Positions 9,738-18,966 of a DNA stretch of 64,000 nt are shown piece after piece. The position numbers and the translations under genes are program-made. Source of the stretch: an uncultured Gemmatimonadaceae bacterium. Lineage in GTDB: Bacteria > Gemmatimonadota > Gemmatimonadetes > Gemmatimonadales > Gemmatimonadaceae. The notes below the pieces were generated by a model. That model was given only the letters and a program-made list of their open reading frames with translations, was not told where the DNA came from and did no database searches. The stretch's first letter is position 1. The number at the start of each line of letters is the position of its first letter. Where the stretch lies: assembly GCA_963761075.1 (NCBI GenBank), contig CAVXFN010000004.1:1192411-1256410 (forward strand), given 5' to 3'.

Positions 9738-10694
9738 TCAGGGGGCACGCGTCTCGATGCGGAAGCCCGCGGAGTCGACGCGGAAGTCCAGCAGGGTCGC
9801 CATACCGCCCACGACCCTTCGAATATGGTCAACGCGCTCGTCGGTTGCGACGACCAGTACGCAGCCACCTCCGGAGGCTCCGAGCGCCTTGCCGCCGAGT
9901 GCCCCGGCGCGCCCTGCGGATGCAAGAATGTCATCGATCATGGGTGTCGGAATGGCGGGGTGGAGCGCGCGCTGATGGATCCAGTGCTCGCCGATGAGAG
10001 CCCCGAGTTCGTCGATGTCGCGGGCGTGGATCGCCCGTGCCATCTCTCTGGCCAGTGCCTTCATCCTCTCGAGCGCATCGAGCACCCGTCGCTCGCGGCG
10101 ATGATAGGCGTCCAGGACCGCGGTGATCGTGTCGCCCGAGATGCGGGACTGGCCAGTGTACGCGATGACGCATCGTCGTTCGAGCGACGCGCGGAAGTCC
10201 TCCGCCATCTCTAGCCGGTTCACCCGGGTGCGCCCCTGGAACTCGAGGGCCAGCGCCCCACCGAGGGCGGCAGCATAGTGATCCTGCCGGCCGCCCGCTA
10301 TCCCGAGGTCTTCTACTTCAAGCCGGCGGCTCTCCTCGGCCAACTCGACCCCCGAGCAGTCCCGTCCCTGCCATGCGGCAAGCGCCCCGAGCAGCGCGAC
10401 GCCGCAGGCCGATGATCCGCCAAGTCCGGCCCCCATTGGCACCCGGGTCTGCAGGTCCACCTCGACGTTGCCAGCCGCGTTACGGGCAAGGGCGTAGTCG
10501 ACGAGTGCGCGATCGGCGTCGCCAAGCGTGCCGGCGTCGTGACCTCGCTGTCGCGGCCGGAGCGTGACCACGGCGTGTCGGTCGATAGCGACACTGCAGA
10601 CGAACCCGCCCTGTTCGTCGCTGTAGGGCGGCACGTCCGTCCAGCCGCCACCGAAATCGATGCGAGTGGGGGCGCGAGCGACGAGGACATCCAT
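9738..10694 (-). CDS. GHMP kinase family protein (sugar-1-phosphate or heptose-7-phosphate kinase-like).
   Basis: PTRIDFGGGWTD N-terminus and the GHMP ATP-binding motif PMGAGLGGSSA. Confidence 0.75.
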   Translation of the reverse strand: MDVLVARAPTRIDFGGGWTDVPPYSDEQGGFVCSVAIDRHAVVTLRPRQRGHDAGTLGDADRALVDYALARNAAGNVEVDLQTRVPMGAGLGGSSACGVALLGALAAWQGRDCSGVELAEESRRLEVEDLGIAGGRQDHYAAALGGALALEFQGRTRVNRLEMAEDFRASLERRCVIAYTGQSRISGDTITAVLDAYHRRERRVLDALERMKALAREMARAIHARDIDELGALIGEHWIHQRALHPAIPTPMIDDILASAGRAGALGGKALGASGGGCVLVVATDERVDHIRRVVGGMATLLDFRVDSAGFRIETRAP

Positions 10695-10761
10695 GGCCGG
10701 AAGGTGGACGTCGATAGCCTGTTTCCGATCCGGCCGCGCGCGGCGCCAACAGCGTACGCCG

Positions 10762-11316
10762 CTACTTCTTGGCGGCCGGCTTCTTCGGGGTAGTCTTGGA
10801 TGAAGGCTTCCTGGCAGCCTGTGCGGCCTTCTTGCTTGGGGCGGCGGCTGCCTTCACGCTGGGCTTGGGCGCTGAAGCCGCCGCTTCCTTTGGCGCGGCA
10901 GGTGGGCGGGATTTCGCAGTCTCGGTCTTGGCAGATGGCTTCGGTCGCTTGTGACTGGCTTCCTCGGCCTCGCGGATCAGCTTGTCAGCCTCTTCCTGTG
11001 TCATCTGTCCGCGGCGCACCATGTATTGCACAAGGTCGCGCGCACTCTCGACCGCGAAGGCGGTCAGCCCCGCGGCGGCGTTGATGACATCCTTGAGGGC
11101 GCCCGACATCTTGCTGCCGGCTTCCAAGCTGATTTCGTGTGCCCGTGCCGCCAGTTCGGCCACCGTGTCGCGGACGTCCTGCCCGCGATGCCCGGGGCTT
11201 CGGCGAGGCGGCGTCGGTGGAGTCGGCGGAATTGGCGAAGACGGCGTCGCCTCTTCGGCTGGCAACGCGGTATCGCTGACGGGCGCCGATTCGTTCGGAG
11301 TGGCCTTTTCGGACAT
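10762..11316 (-). CDS. Phasin-like or PHA-granule-associated-like protein with a Lys/Ala/Pro-rich histone H1-like C-terminal tail.
   Basis: Helical core (LVQYMVRRGQMTQEEADKLIREAEE) followed by AAPKEAAASAPKPSVKAAAAPSKKAAQAARKPSSKTTPKKPAAKK, resembling PhaF/AlgP tails. Confidence 0.45.
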   Translation of the reverse strand: MSEKATPNESAPVSDTALPAEEATPSSPIPPTPPTPPRRSPGHRGQDVRDTVAELAARAHEISLEAGSKMSGALKDVINAAAGLTAFAVESARDLVQYMVRRGQMTQEEADKLIREAEEASHKRPKPSAKTETAKSRPPAAPKEAAASAPKPSVKAAAAPSKKAAQAARKPSSKTTPKKPAAKK

Positions 11317-11555
11317 GGAGATATCTCTTGCTCAGCGGTCCGGGTGCGCGCCGACGGAACGTGGATGTGAAGGCGCGTCAGAGTGGTCCGCGCATGGGCC
11401 GGCATCGTGGGGCACGCCGTGGGCGGGTACAGGCGGCGGTAAGTATATGATTTCTCGTGGCCTATGCAAGGATGACGCAGTCGGTTTCCCTCTGGCGCGA
11501 GATGACAGGATTGTCAGTACATATATTGTCATTTCGCATACACTAAAGCGACATT

Positions 11556-12683
11556 ATGGCGCCGCTATTGCTACAAAATATTCGAGTTCTTGACCTTTCT
11601 CGCGTTCTCGCTGGACCACTGTGCAGCATGATGCTCGGTGACCTCGGCGCGCGCGTCATCAAGGTCGAACGTCCCGGGCAAGGCGACGAGAGCAGGGCCT
11701 GGGGACCGCCCTTTGATGGCGAGGGCCGCAGCGCCTACTACCTGAGCGTGAACCGGAACAAGCTCGACGTTGCGCTGGACCTCAATGAGCCTGAGGACCG
11801 AAGGCTGCTCATCGACCTCATTGTCTCCGCCGACGTCGTGCTCGAGAACTTCAAGCGAGGCACCCTCGAGCGACGGGGAATCGATCCCGCACGCCTGCTC
11901 GGCCAGTCGCCTCGCCTCGTCTGGTGCACGATCTCCGGATTCGGACCGGACTCTGATCGTCCCGGCTACGACCTCGTGGTCCAGGCCGAGTCGGGATGGA
12001 TGGCGATTACCGGAGCGCCTGAGGGCGAGCCGACAAAGGTCGGCGTCGCTCTCGCCGACATCGTCGCCGGCAAGGATGCTGCCGTCGCGATTCTCAGCGC
12101 GCTGATTGCGCGAGAACGCACGGATGTTCCGTTGTCAGCCGGGTCGCGTCGCCTGCACATCGCGCTGTCGCGCTCGGCGACTGCCGCCCTGATCAACGTC
12201 GCACAGAACACCCTCGTGTCGGGGATTGAGGCCCGCCGTTGGGGAAACGCCCACCCGAACTTGGTCCCGTATCAGCCGTTTCGCGCGAAGGACCGACACT
12301 TCGTACTGGCGGTCGGCAATGACACCCAGTGGCAGGCGGCCTGCCGTGCCCTCGGTCTCGCCTCGCTCGGGGAGGACCCGGACCTGTCGACCAACGCGGG
12401 ACGTCTCGCCCAGCGCGAGCGAGTGGTCGGGGAGATCGCGGCGCGCGTGGCCTCCGCGCCGGCAGACTTCTGGTTGGGCGCGCTGGCACGGGGCGGCGTT
12501 CCGAGTGGGCGCGTGCGCGGTGTTCGCGAGGCGCTGGCAGACGTGGGGGCGTCGGCGCGCCATGGCGTGGCCCCTGCGACACCCGGTTCGGTGCGGCTGC
12601 CTCCCCCCGCGCTCGATGAGCACGGGGACCTCATCCGGTCCCACGGATGGGGCGCCTTCGACCACCTGCCGGAACCTCGCTGA
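11556..12683 (+). CDS. CoA-transferase family III protein (CaiB/BaiF).
   Basis: RVLDLSRVLAGPLCSMMLGDLGARVIKVE and catalytic Asp region ALADIVAGKDA, typical of CoA_transf_3. Confidence 0.85.
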   Translation: MAPLLLQNIRVLDLSRVLAGPLCSMMLGDLGARVIKVERPGQGDESRAWGPPFDGEGRSAYYLSVNRNKLDVALDLNEPEDRRLLIDLIVSADVVLENFKRGTLERRGIDPARLLGQSPRLVWCTISGFGPDSDRPGYDLVVQAESGWMAITGAPEGEPTKVGVALADIVAGKDAAVAILSALIARERTDVPLSAGSRRLHIALSRSATAALINVAQNTLVSGIEARRWGNAHPNLVPYQPFRAKDRHFVLAVGNDTQWQAACRALGLASLGEDPDLSTNAGRLAQRERVVGEIAARVASAPADFWLGALARGGVPSGRVRGVREALADVGASARHGVAPATPGSVRLPPPALDEHGDLIRSHGWGAFDHLPEPR

Positions 12684-12829
12684 GGCGGCGTGCTGTTACC
12701 AGTTGCGCACCGCGTCGTCCTGCGCATGTGAGACAACTCGTCCGAGCCAAGCCGACTCGAGCAGGGCTGTCGAGTGCGCGGAAAAGCGGTTATGCTAGCA
12801 CCGTGAAATCGACGGTGCCCGTCGCTCCG

Positions 12830-13369
12830 ATGGACCAGATGGAGGCGGACCAGGAGATCATTTCGCGCGTGCTGGCTGGCGAGCGGAATGCGTTCCAGGT
12901 CCTCATCCATCGGTACAGTGATCCGCTCTACCGGCACGCACTCGGCATGACCGGCAGTCCGGACGTCGCGGAGGACATCCTGCAGATGTCCTTCATCAAG
13001 GCCTATCAGCACTTGGCCGAGGTGAGGGGACGGTTCGATGCATGGGTGTTCCGTATCGTGGCCAACGGCTGCAAGGATTGGCTGAAGAACATTCGTCGTA
13101 CGCATCTCAGCTACGACGAAGACGATCAGCCGACCGGGTACGCGAATCCGGATGAAGACCTGGACCGGACGGAGTTGAGAGACGATCTCGATCGTGCGTT
13201 GGCGAGCCTGCCACCCTCGCTGCGAGAGGCCTTCATCATGAAGCACGTTGAAGGTCGGTCGTACGAGGAAATGGCCGAGTTGCTGAGCACGACGGTCGGG
13301 GCACTCAAGATGCGCGTGCATCGCGCTCGGGAGGCGCTCCAGGCACTCTTAGAGGAGAAATACGCCTGA
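12830..13369 (+). CDS. RNA polymerase sigma-70 factor, ECF subfamily.
   Basis: Region 2 (LYRHALGMTGSPDVAEDILQMSFIKAY) and region 4 (REAFIMKHVEGRSYEEMAELL…VGALKMRVHRAR). ATG at 12830. Confidence 0.85.
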   Translation: MDQMEADQEIISRVLAGERNAFQVLIHRYSDPLYRHALGMTGSPDVAEDILQMSFIKAYQHLAEVRGRFDAWVFRIVANGCKDWLKNIRRTHLSYDEDDQPTGYANPDEDLDRTELRDDLDRALASLPPSLREAFIMKHVEGRSYEEMAELLSTTVGALKMRVHRAREALQALLEEKYA

Positions 13370-13794
13370 TGCTGGACGATCTTTACGAGCGCGACGAGAA
13401 CGGTGAACCCACCCGGTCGCGCCCCGAACGGGGGGCGGACGCGTTTGGCCCGGTAGCCGATCGCGAAGTGCCCCTTTCGCCAGTCGCGGCCACGGATGTG
13501 GTCCATCGCTGGCTCGATGGCGAGCTCCCGGAACCGTCGAGCGTCCGTGGCGACGCTACCCGCTCGGTGGAGTTCTGGCGGCGCATTGGTGAGGAAACCG
13601 ACCGTCGTCGGCAGATGATGACGCCGCCCCATGTGGCGGCGCGCATCATGGCGTCGCTTCCGGATCCGATCCGCTCCATCGAGGTGATGCCGTGGTGGAA
13701 GAAGCCGGTCCACCTGAGCCCCACGGCCGCCTTGGCGGCTGCAGCCGGACTGATCCTGCTGGGCATGATGGCCATGCGCTTGCTGGCCGCATAG
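13369..13794 (+). CDS. Anti-sigma factor (C-terminal TM anchor) cognate to the ECF sigma.
   Basis: ATGA start/stop overlap with the sigma gene; single C-terminal TM helix (ALAAAAGLILLGMMAMRLLAA). Confidence 0.6.
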   Translation: MLDDLYERDENGEPTRSRPERGADAFGPVADREVPLSPVAATDVVHRWLDGELPEPSSVRGDATRSVEFWRRIGEETDRRRQMMTPPHVAARIMASLPDPIRSIEVMPWWKKPVHLSPTAALAAAAGLILLGMMAMRLLAA

Positions 13795-13816
13795 TCCTGC
13801 CCCCGGACGATTGAAC

Positions 13817-13847
13817 GAAGGGCCGCCCCGAACAGGGGCGGCCCTTC
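13817..13847. terminator. Bidirectional terminator hairpin with a 13-bp perfect stem between convergent genes.
   Basis: gaagggccgcccc-gaaca-ggggcggcccttc between the anti-sigma gene (+) and serA (-); a second hairpin follows at 13853..13873. Confidence 0.5.
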
Positions 13848-13928
13848 GCACTTGAGGGCAGGGTTGGCCCTCAGGTCGTCTGCCGGCGTCGCTCCAGTCG
13901 GCCGCAGCAGCCGGCGCGGGGCCCTGGG

Positions 13929-15530
13929 TCAACGCAGATTCACCTGCTCGACCGATCGCACCTCCGGGAGGTCGCGCAGCGAGGCAACGAGCGTGTCGCT
14001 GAGCGTGCCCTCGATGCGCAGCAGCGCGAGCGCATCGGTGTCCGGCGCAGTACCGCGTCGTGCGTGCTGGTACTCCTCGACGATGATTCCAGCCGCGCCA
14101 AGCGCCGTTCCCACCTTGCCGATCGCGGTCGGCACGTCGCGCACGCGAAGGACGACGACAGTGCCCTGCGGCAGGATGCTGACCTTGAAGTCGTCGATCC
14201 GCACAATGCGATCGTGCCCCGGTCCGAGCACGGCGCCCGCCACGACACATTCACCTTGGTCGCTGCAGACGCGGAGCTGCACGAACTCCGGATACGGAGG
14301 TTCCGGCTCCTGGAGCGCCTGGTCGACGCGGACTCCACGTGACTGCGCCAGCTGGAGCGCATTCACGAGATTGATCGCGGCGCCGGAGAGGCGCCCCAGC
14401 GCACCGGCGGCGGCCGACGCACCGATGATGTTCAGGCCGGACGGCGAGGCTCCCGCATACCGCACCTCGAGGCGTGTCAGGGGACCGCCGGCCAGAGCGG
14501 CCGCCAGCGAACCGAGGCGCTCCGCCATGCCGAGCACGGGACGCAGGCGCCTCATTTCCTCGCCGCCGACCGCCGGCGCGTTGACGGCCCGGCTGAGGTC
14601 GCCATCGATGAGTGCGGCGCGAACCGCCTCGGCAATCTCGATCGCGACATTGTGCTGTGCCTCGGCCGTTGACGCACCGAGATGCGGCGTGAGCACCACG
14701 TTCGGCGCGGCGCGGAGGGGGTGGTCGGCGGGCAACGGCTCCGCCTCGTAGACGTCCAGCGCGGCGCCGCCCAGTCGCTTTGCAGTCAGGGCGGCCAGAA
14801 GCGCCCGTTCATCGATCACGCCGCCGCGCGCGACATTGAGCAGGAGCGCACCCGGTTTCACCCGGGCCAGCTGGGCCTCGCCGATGAGGTTGCGGGTGGC
14901 GTCGGTGAGGGGCACGTGCACCGAGATCACGTCCGCCCGCTGCAGCACGTCATCCAGGCTCCCGGTTTCGACGTCGAGAGAGCGCGCGCGCTCCGAATTG
15001 AGGAACGGGTCGTACACCACCACGCGCATGCCAAACGCTCTCGCACGCCGCGCGACCTCGCCGCCGATTCGTCCCGCGCCGACGAGCCCGAGCGTCTTTC
15101 CATACAGCTCCACGCCGCTGAAGCTCTTCCGGTCCCACTCCCCCGCCTTCATCGACCGGTCGGCCGCAGGGACCCGTCGGGCCAGCGCCAGAAGGAGGGC
15201 CATCGTCAGCTCGGCCGCGGACGTCGTGTTGCCGGCTGGTGCCGTGAGCACCGGAATCCCGCGTTCGGTCGCGGCATCGACATCGATTGTGTCGACACCG
15301 ACTCCGGCGCGACCGATGGCCCGGAGGTGGTCGGCACGCGCGAGCGACTCCCGTGTGATGCGCGTGGCGCTGCGCACCAGCACGGCGTCGGCTTCGGCGA
15401 TCGCGGCGGCGAGCTCGTCGCCTATCAGGCCCGGCTTCACCACCAGCTCGAAGCGCGGGTCGTCGCGCAGCGGCGCCAGCCCATCGAGGGCAATGGCATC
15501 GGCGACGAGCACGCGAAACGGGGTGCTCAT
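13929..15530 (-). CDS. serA: D-3-phosphoglycerate dehydrogenase (with C-terminal ACT domain).
   Basis: GxGxxG NAD site (GLVGAGRIGGEVA), catalytic RGGVIDE…H and a C-terminal ACT domain; 533 aa. Confidence 0.9.
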   Translation of the reverse strand: MSTPFRVLVADAIALDGLAPLRDDPRFELVVKPGLIGDELAAAIAEADAVLVRSATRITRESLARADHLRAIGRAGVGVDTIDVDAATERGIPVLTAPAGNTTSAAELTMALLLALARRVPAADRSMKAGEWDRKSFSGVELYGKTLGLVGAGRIGGEVARRARAFGMRVVVYDPFLNSERARSLDVETGSLDDVLQRADVISVHVPLTDATRNLIGEAQLARVKPGALLLNVARGGVIDERALLAALTAKRLGGAALDVYEAEPLPADHPLRAAPNVVLTPHLGASTAEAQHNVAIEIAEAVRAALIDGDLSRAVNAPAVGGEEMRRLRPVLGMAERLGSLAAALAGGPLTRLEVRYAGASPSGLNIIGASAAAGALGRLSGAAINLVNALQLAQSRGVRVDQALQEPEPPYPEFVQLRVCSDQGECVVAGAVLGPGHDRIVRIDDFKVSILPQGTVVVLRVRDVPTAIGKVGTALGAAGIIVEEYQHARRGTAPDTDALALLRIEGTLSDTLVASLRDLPEVRSVEQVNLR

Positions 15531-16660
15531 GCGGCGTAGACTGCAGCCAGGGCTTCCAGCACCACCTCGAGCTCGTCCATGGTGTGGTCACCCATGTGAC
15601 CGATCCGGATCATCGACTCCTTGAGGGCGCCGTAGCCGGTGGCAATCACGAAGCCCTTGTCCTTCATTTCGGCGACGAGCTGCGATCCCGTTTTCCCGGC
15701 GGGGGCCGAGATGCAGGTGACGGCCGGCGACCGATAGCCTTCCGGGGCGAGGATGCGGAGCTCGAGGCCCTTCTCACGCTGCTCGTCCACCCAGTGCCAG
15801 GTGCGCCGCGCCATCGCGTCGTGGCGTGCCCACCGGGCCTCGATACCTTCCGACTCGAGGTGCGCGAGCTGCACATCGAGCGCGTAGAGCAGTGACACCG
15901 CCGGTGTATTGGGAGACTGGTTCTTCTTCCAGTAATCGTGGAATTCGAGGAGGTCGAAGTACAGGCCGCGATGGTGGCTCTCGCGGGCACGCTCGAAGAC
16001 GCGGTCATTGGCCGTGCAGAACGACAGGCCCGGCGGCACCGCCAGCGCCTTCTGCGAGCCTGTGAGCACGTAATCGAGACCCCAGGCATCGACCTCGATC
16101 GGCGCCGCGCCCATGCTGGACACGGTGTCGATCACCATCGCGATGTCGCCCGCTTCGTGGGCAGCGCTGGTAAGGTCGCGGATGGGATTGAGCACGCCGG
16201 TGGAGGTCTCCGAGTGGACGACGGTGACCACGTCGTAGTGGTCGCGGCGCAGGGCGTCGACGAGCATCTCGGGTGTGAACATGTGTCCGGGTTCCACTTC
16301 GAGCTTGTCGGCGGCGAGTCCGGAGTTGACCGCCGCCTTGTAGAAGCGCGCGCTGAATGCTCCGTTCACGAGGCAGAGAGCCCGCCGGCGTACGACATTG
16401 CGGACACCGGCCTCCATGAGGCCGGTGGCAGACGACGTCGACGTGTACACCGGCTGCGTCGTCCGGAAGACCGCCTGCAGGCGCGGCGCGATGCGCGCCA
16501 TCAGCTCCTCGATGGCCTTGCCGCGGTGCCCGATCATCTGGCGCGTCATCGCCTGGAGGACGTCGGCGCGCACCTCGGTCGGCCCGGGCAGGAAGAAGCG
16601 GCCAAACGCCGGGGCGGCGGCGCCGGTCGATGCGGAACGTGGGTTCGTCGCTGTGGTCAT
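15527..16660 (-). CDS. Class-V PLP aminotransferase (serine-pyruvate/AGXT or phosphoserine aminotransferase family).
   Basis: PLP lysine context LTGSQKALAVPPGLSF; ATGA overlap with serA suggests a role in serine biosynthesis. Confidence 0.8.
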   Translation of the reverse strand: MTTATNPRSASTGAAAPAFGRFFLPGPTEVRADVLQAMTRQMIGHRGKAIEELMARIAPRLQAVFRTTQPVYTSTSSATGLMEAGVRNVVRRRALCLVNGAFSARFYKAAVNSGLAADKLEVEPGHMFTPEMLVDALRRDHYDVVTVVHSETSTGVLNPIRDLTSAAHEAGDIAMVIDTVSSMGAAPIEVDAWGLDYVLTGSQKALAVPPGLSFCTANDRVFERARESHHRGLYFDLLEFHDYWKKNQSPNTPAVSLLYALDVQLAHLESEGIEARWARHDAMARRTWHWVDEQREKGLELRILAPEGYRSPAVTCISAPAGKTGSQLVAEMKDKGFVIATGYGALKESMIRIGHMGDHTMDELEVVLEALAAVYAA

Positions 16661-16781
16661 GGGTGTCCGTGGAAGCCCGTCCCCCCTCGTGCGACGCCGC
16701 GCGTCGAGTGGGCGGGGACGGTGGAACTGGAATGCCCGGCGTCCGGCGACCCGGTGCGGTGGGACGCGGTGGCGGGAGTGC

Positions 16782-18191
16782 TCATATGTGCAGTGCGCGC
16801 CCGAGCGCGGCCAGTCCCGCCTCTCGCGTGGCCTCCGAGAGGGTGGGGTGCGCGTGGACGGTGAGACCGAGGTCCTCCGAGGCTCCGCGGTACTCGAACG
16901 CGAGCACGACCTCGGCGATGAGCTCGGAGGCGTTGGGGCCGATGATGTGGCATCCCAGCAACTCGTCGGTGTCGGCGTCCGCGACCAGCTTCACGAAGCC
17001 CCCGGTCTCACCCATCGTGCGGGCCCGGCCGTTGGCGGAGAAGGGAAACCGGCCGATGGTGTACCGGCGACCGGCATCGCGGACCTCCTGTTCGGTCAGG
17101 CCCACCGACGCGATCTCGGGCCAGGTGTAGACGACGCTGGGAATGGCGTGGTAGTCCATTCGCGTCGGCTTGCCGGCGATGACTTCGGCGGCAACGACCC
17201 CTTCCTCCTCGGCCTTGTGGGCAAGCAGCTTGCCCCCGGTCACGTCGCCGACGGCGTAGACGTTGGGAACGCTGGTGCGCATGCGGTCGTCGACCCGGAT
17301 CTCGCCCCGGTCGCCGAGGGCGATACCGAGGCCGGCGGCGTCGATGCCTGTCAGCGACGGGCGCCGCCCGACCGACACGAGCACGCGATCGGCCTCGAGC
17401 GACTGGGCGATGCCGTCCTTGCCGAGGTGCACGATCACGCCATCGGCAAAAACGTCGGCGCCGCTGACACGTGTGCTGGCGTGGAGTTCGAGGCCCTGGC
17501 GGCGGAAGACCCGGGACGCCTCGCGCACCACCTCCTCGTCGCTGCCGGCCAGGATCGTGGGTAGCATCTCGATCACCGTCACCCGTGCTCCCAGGCGACG
17601 CCAGACCGAGCCGAGTTCGAGGCCGATGACGCCGCCCCCGATCACGATGAGATGCCGCGGTACCTCGGGGAAGCGCAGCGCCCCCACATTCGAGACGACG
17701 CGATCCTCGTCGAAGGGAAGGAACGGCAGCGCCACCGGCACCGATCCGGTCGAGATGATCACGTTCCTGGCCTGATACGTGGCAACCGTCCCGTCGTCGG
17801 CGACGACCTCGACAGCGTGGCCCGACCGGAGCGTCCCGCGGCCGCGGGCCCAGGTCACCCCATGCTTCCGGAACAGGTACTCGACTCCGCGCGTATTCTG
17901 CGCGACGATCTCGTCCTTCCGCCGCAGCATCCGCTCGAGGTCCAACCGGACGCTGTCGACCGCGATGCCGTGTTCGCCGGCATGGAGCAGCGTGAACTCG
18001 TAGTGCTCGGACGACTGCAACAGCGCCTTGGAGGGGATGCACCCGACGTTGACGCAGGTGCCGCCGAGCGTGCGGTCCATCTCGACACACACGGTCTGCA
18101 GCCCCAGCTGCGCGGCGCGGATGGCGGCGACGTATCCGCCGGGCCCGCCGCCGATGACGACGACATCGGCGGGGAGGGATTCGTTCGGCAT
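16782..18191 (-). CDS. lpd: Dihydrolipoyl dehydrogenase (E3).
   Basis: FAD site VVVIGGGPGGYVAA, redox disulfide GGTCVNVGCIPSK, C-terminal HAHPTLSE. Confidence 0.9.
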   Translation of the reverse strand: MPNESLPADVVVIGGGPGGYVAAIRAAQLGLQTVCVEMDRTLGGTCVNVGCIPSKALLQSSEHYEFTLLHAGEHGIAVDSVRLDLERMLRRKDEIVAQNTRGVEYLFRKHGVTWARGRGTLRSGHAVEVVADDGTVATYQARNVIISTGSVPVALPFLPFDEDRVVSNVGALRFPEVPRHLIVIGGGVIGLELGSVWRRLGARVTVIEMLPTILAGSDEEVVREASRVFRRQGLELHASTRVSGADVFADGVIVHLGKDGIAQSLEADRVLVSVGRRPSLTGIDAAGLGIALGDRGEIRVDDRMRTSVPNVYAVGDVTGGKLLAHKAEEEGVVAAEVIAGKPTRMDYHAIPSVVYTWPEIASVGLTEQEVRDAGRRYTIGRFPFSANGRARTMGETGGFVKLVADADTDELLGCHIIGPNASELIAEVVLAFEYRGASEDLGLTVHAHPTLSEATREAGLAALGRALHI

Positions 18192-18288
18192 CGCGTGTGG
18201 CTCGATGGGGAAAGAGCAGAAAAATTAGCGGGTGTGATCGCCGAAGGCGACCACACCCGCTCCCCCACCGCGTTGCGACGCGGTGCCC

Positions 18289-18726
18289 CTATGCAGCCCG
18301 GTGTGTCGGCTCGGCGCGGGTCGCGACGAAGCGCCCCTGCCGGATGGTCTCGCGCCAGTTGTGCAACCGGGTGTGAAACATTCCTTCGATCGCGCGGCCC
18401 TGCCGGACCCCCTCCAGCACCGTGACGACGTCGGCATTCTGGCTGGGGTCGAAGTACGGTCCGATGAGTGCCACGAAGGCACGGTCGTTGGCCTCGAGCA
18501 GCTTGACGCCGGTCGGTGCCACCGCCGGGGTCGAGAAGAAGAGGAAGCGCCCGGCGACGACGGCGTCCACCGACGCGTCGCGCAAGAGCGTGAACGACTC
18601 GATCCGGTCGTCCTCGTCGATGAATCGGCCGCGCCAGTTTCCGGTGAGCGCAGCGACCGCGTCGGGGCGGTGCTCGGCGTCGCCGTGCGTGGGCGGGATC
18701 GGTGTAAAGGCGTATCTGGCTGTCAT
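18289..18726 (-). CDS. Hypothetical protein (145 aa) between the E2 and E3 genes.
   Basis: ATG at 18726 preceded by GGAG at about 7 nt; GC3 bias; no family recognised. Confidence 0.45.
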   Translation of the reverse strand: MTARYAFTPIPPTHGDAEHRPDAVAALTGNWRGRFIDEDDRIESFTLLRDASVDAVVAGRFLFFSTPAVAPTGVKLLEANDRAFVALIGPYFDPSQNADVVTVLEGVRQGRAIEGMFHTRLHNWRETIRQGRFVATRAEPTHRAA

Positions 18727-18966
18727 CTCAGGCTCCGATGCCATTCCTACGGCATGCGGTCGAAAAAGTGTCACGGCGCCGGCGCGTTGCATTCCGTTGC
18801 CGTCGACTGATTGGATGCCCGGACCCGCGAAATGGTTTACCGCGGCGGCTGACGCGTCACGCGATCGTGACGACCGATCATCCGGCCATTGGACGGCAGG
18901 TGTGTGGCGTCGTTAAGCGCGGCAGCCGGTGCCTTTGCCCCGGCGAGCGACGACGCCGGCCGCCGT

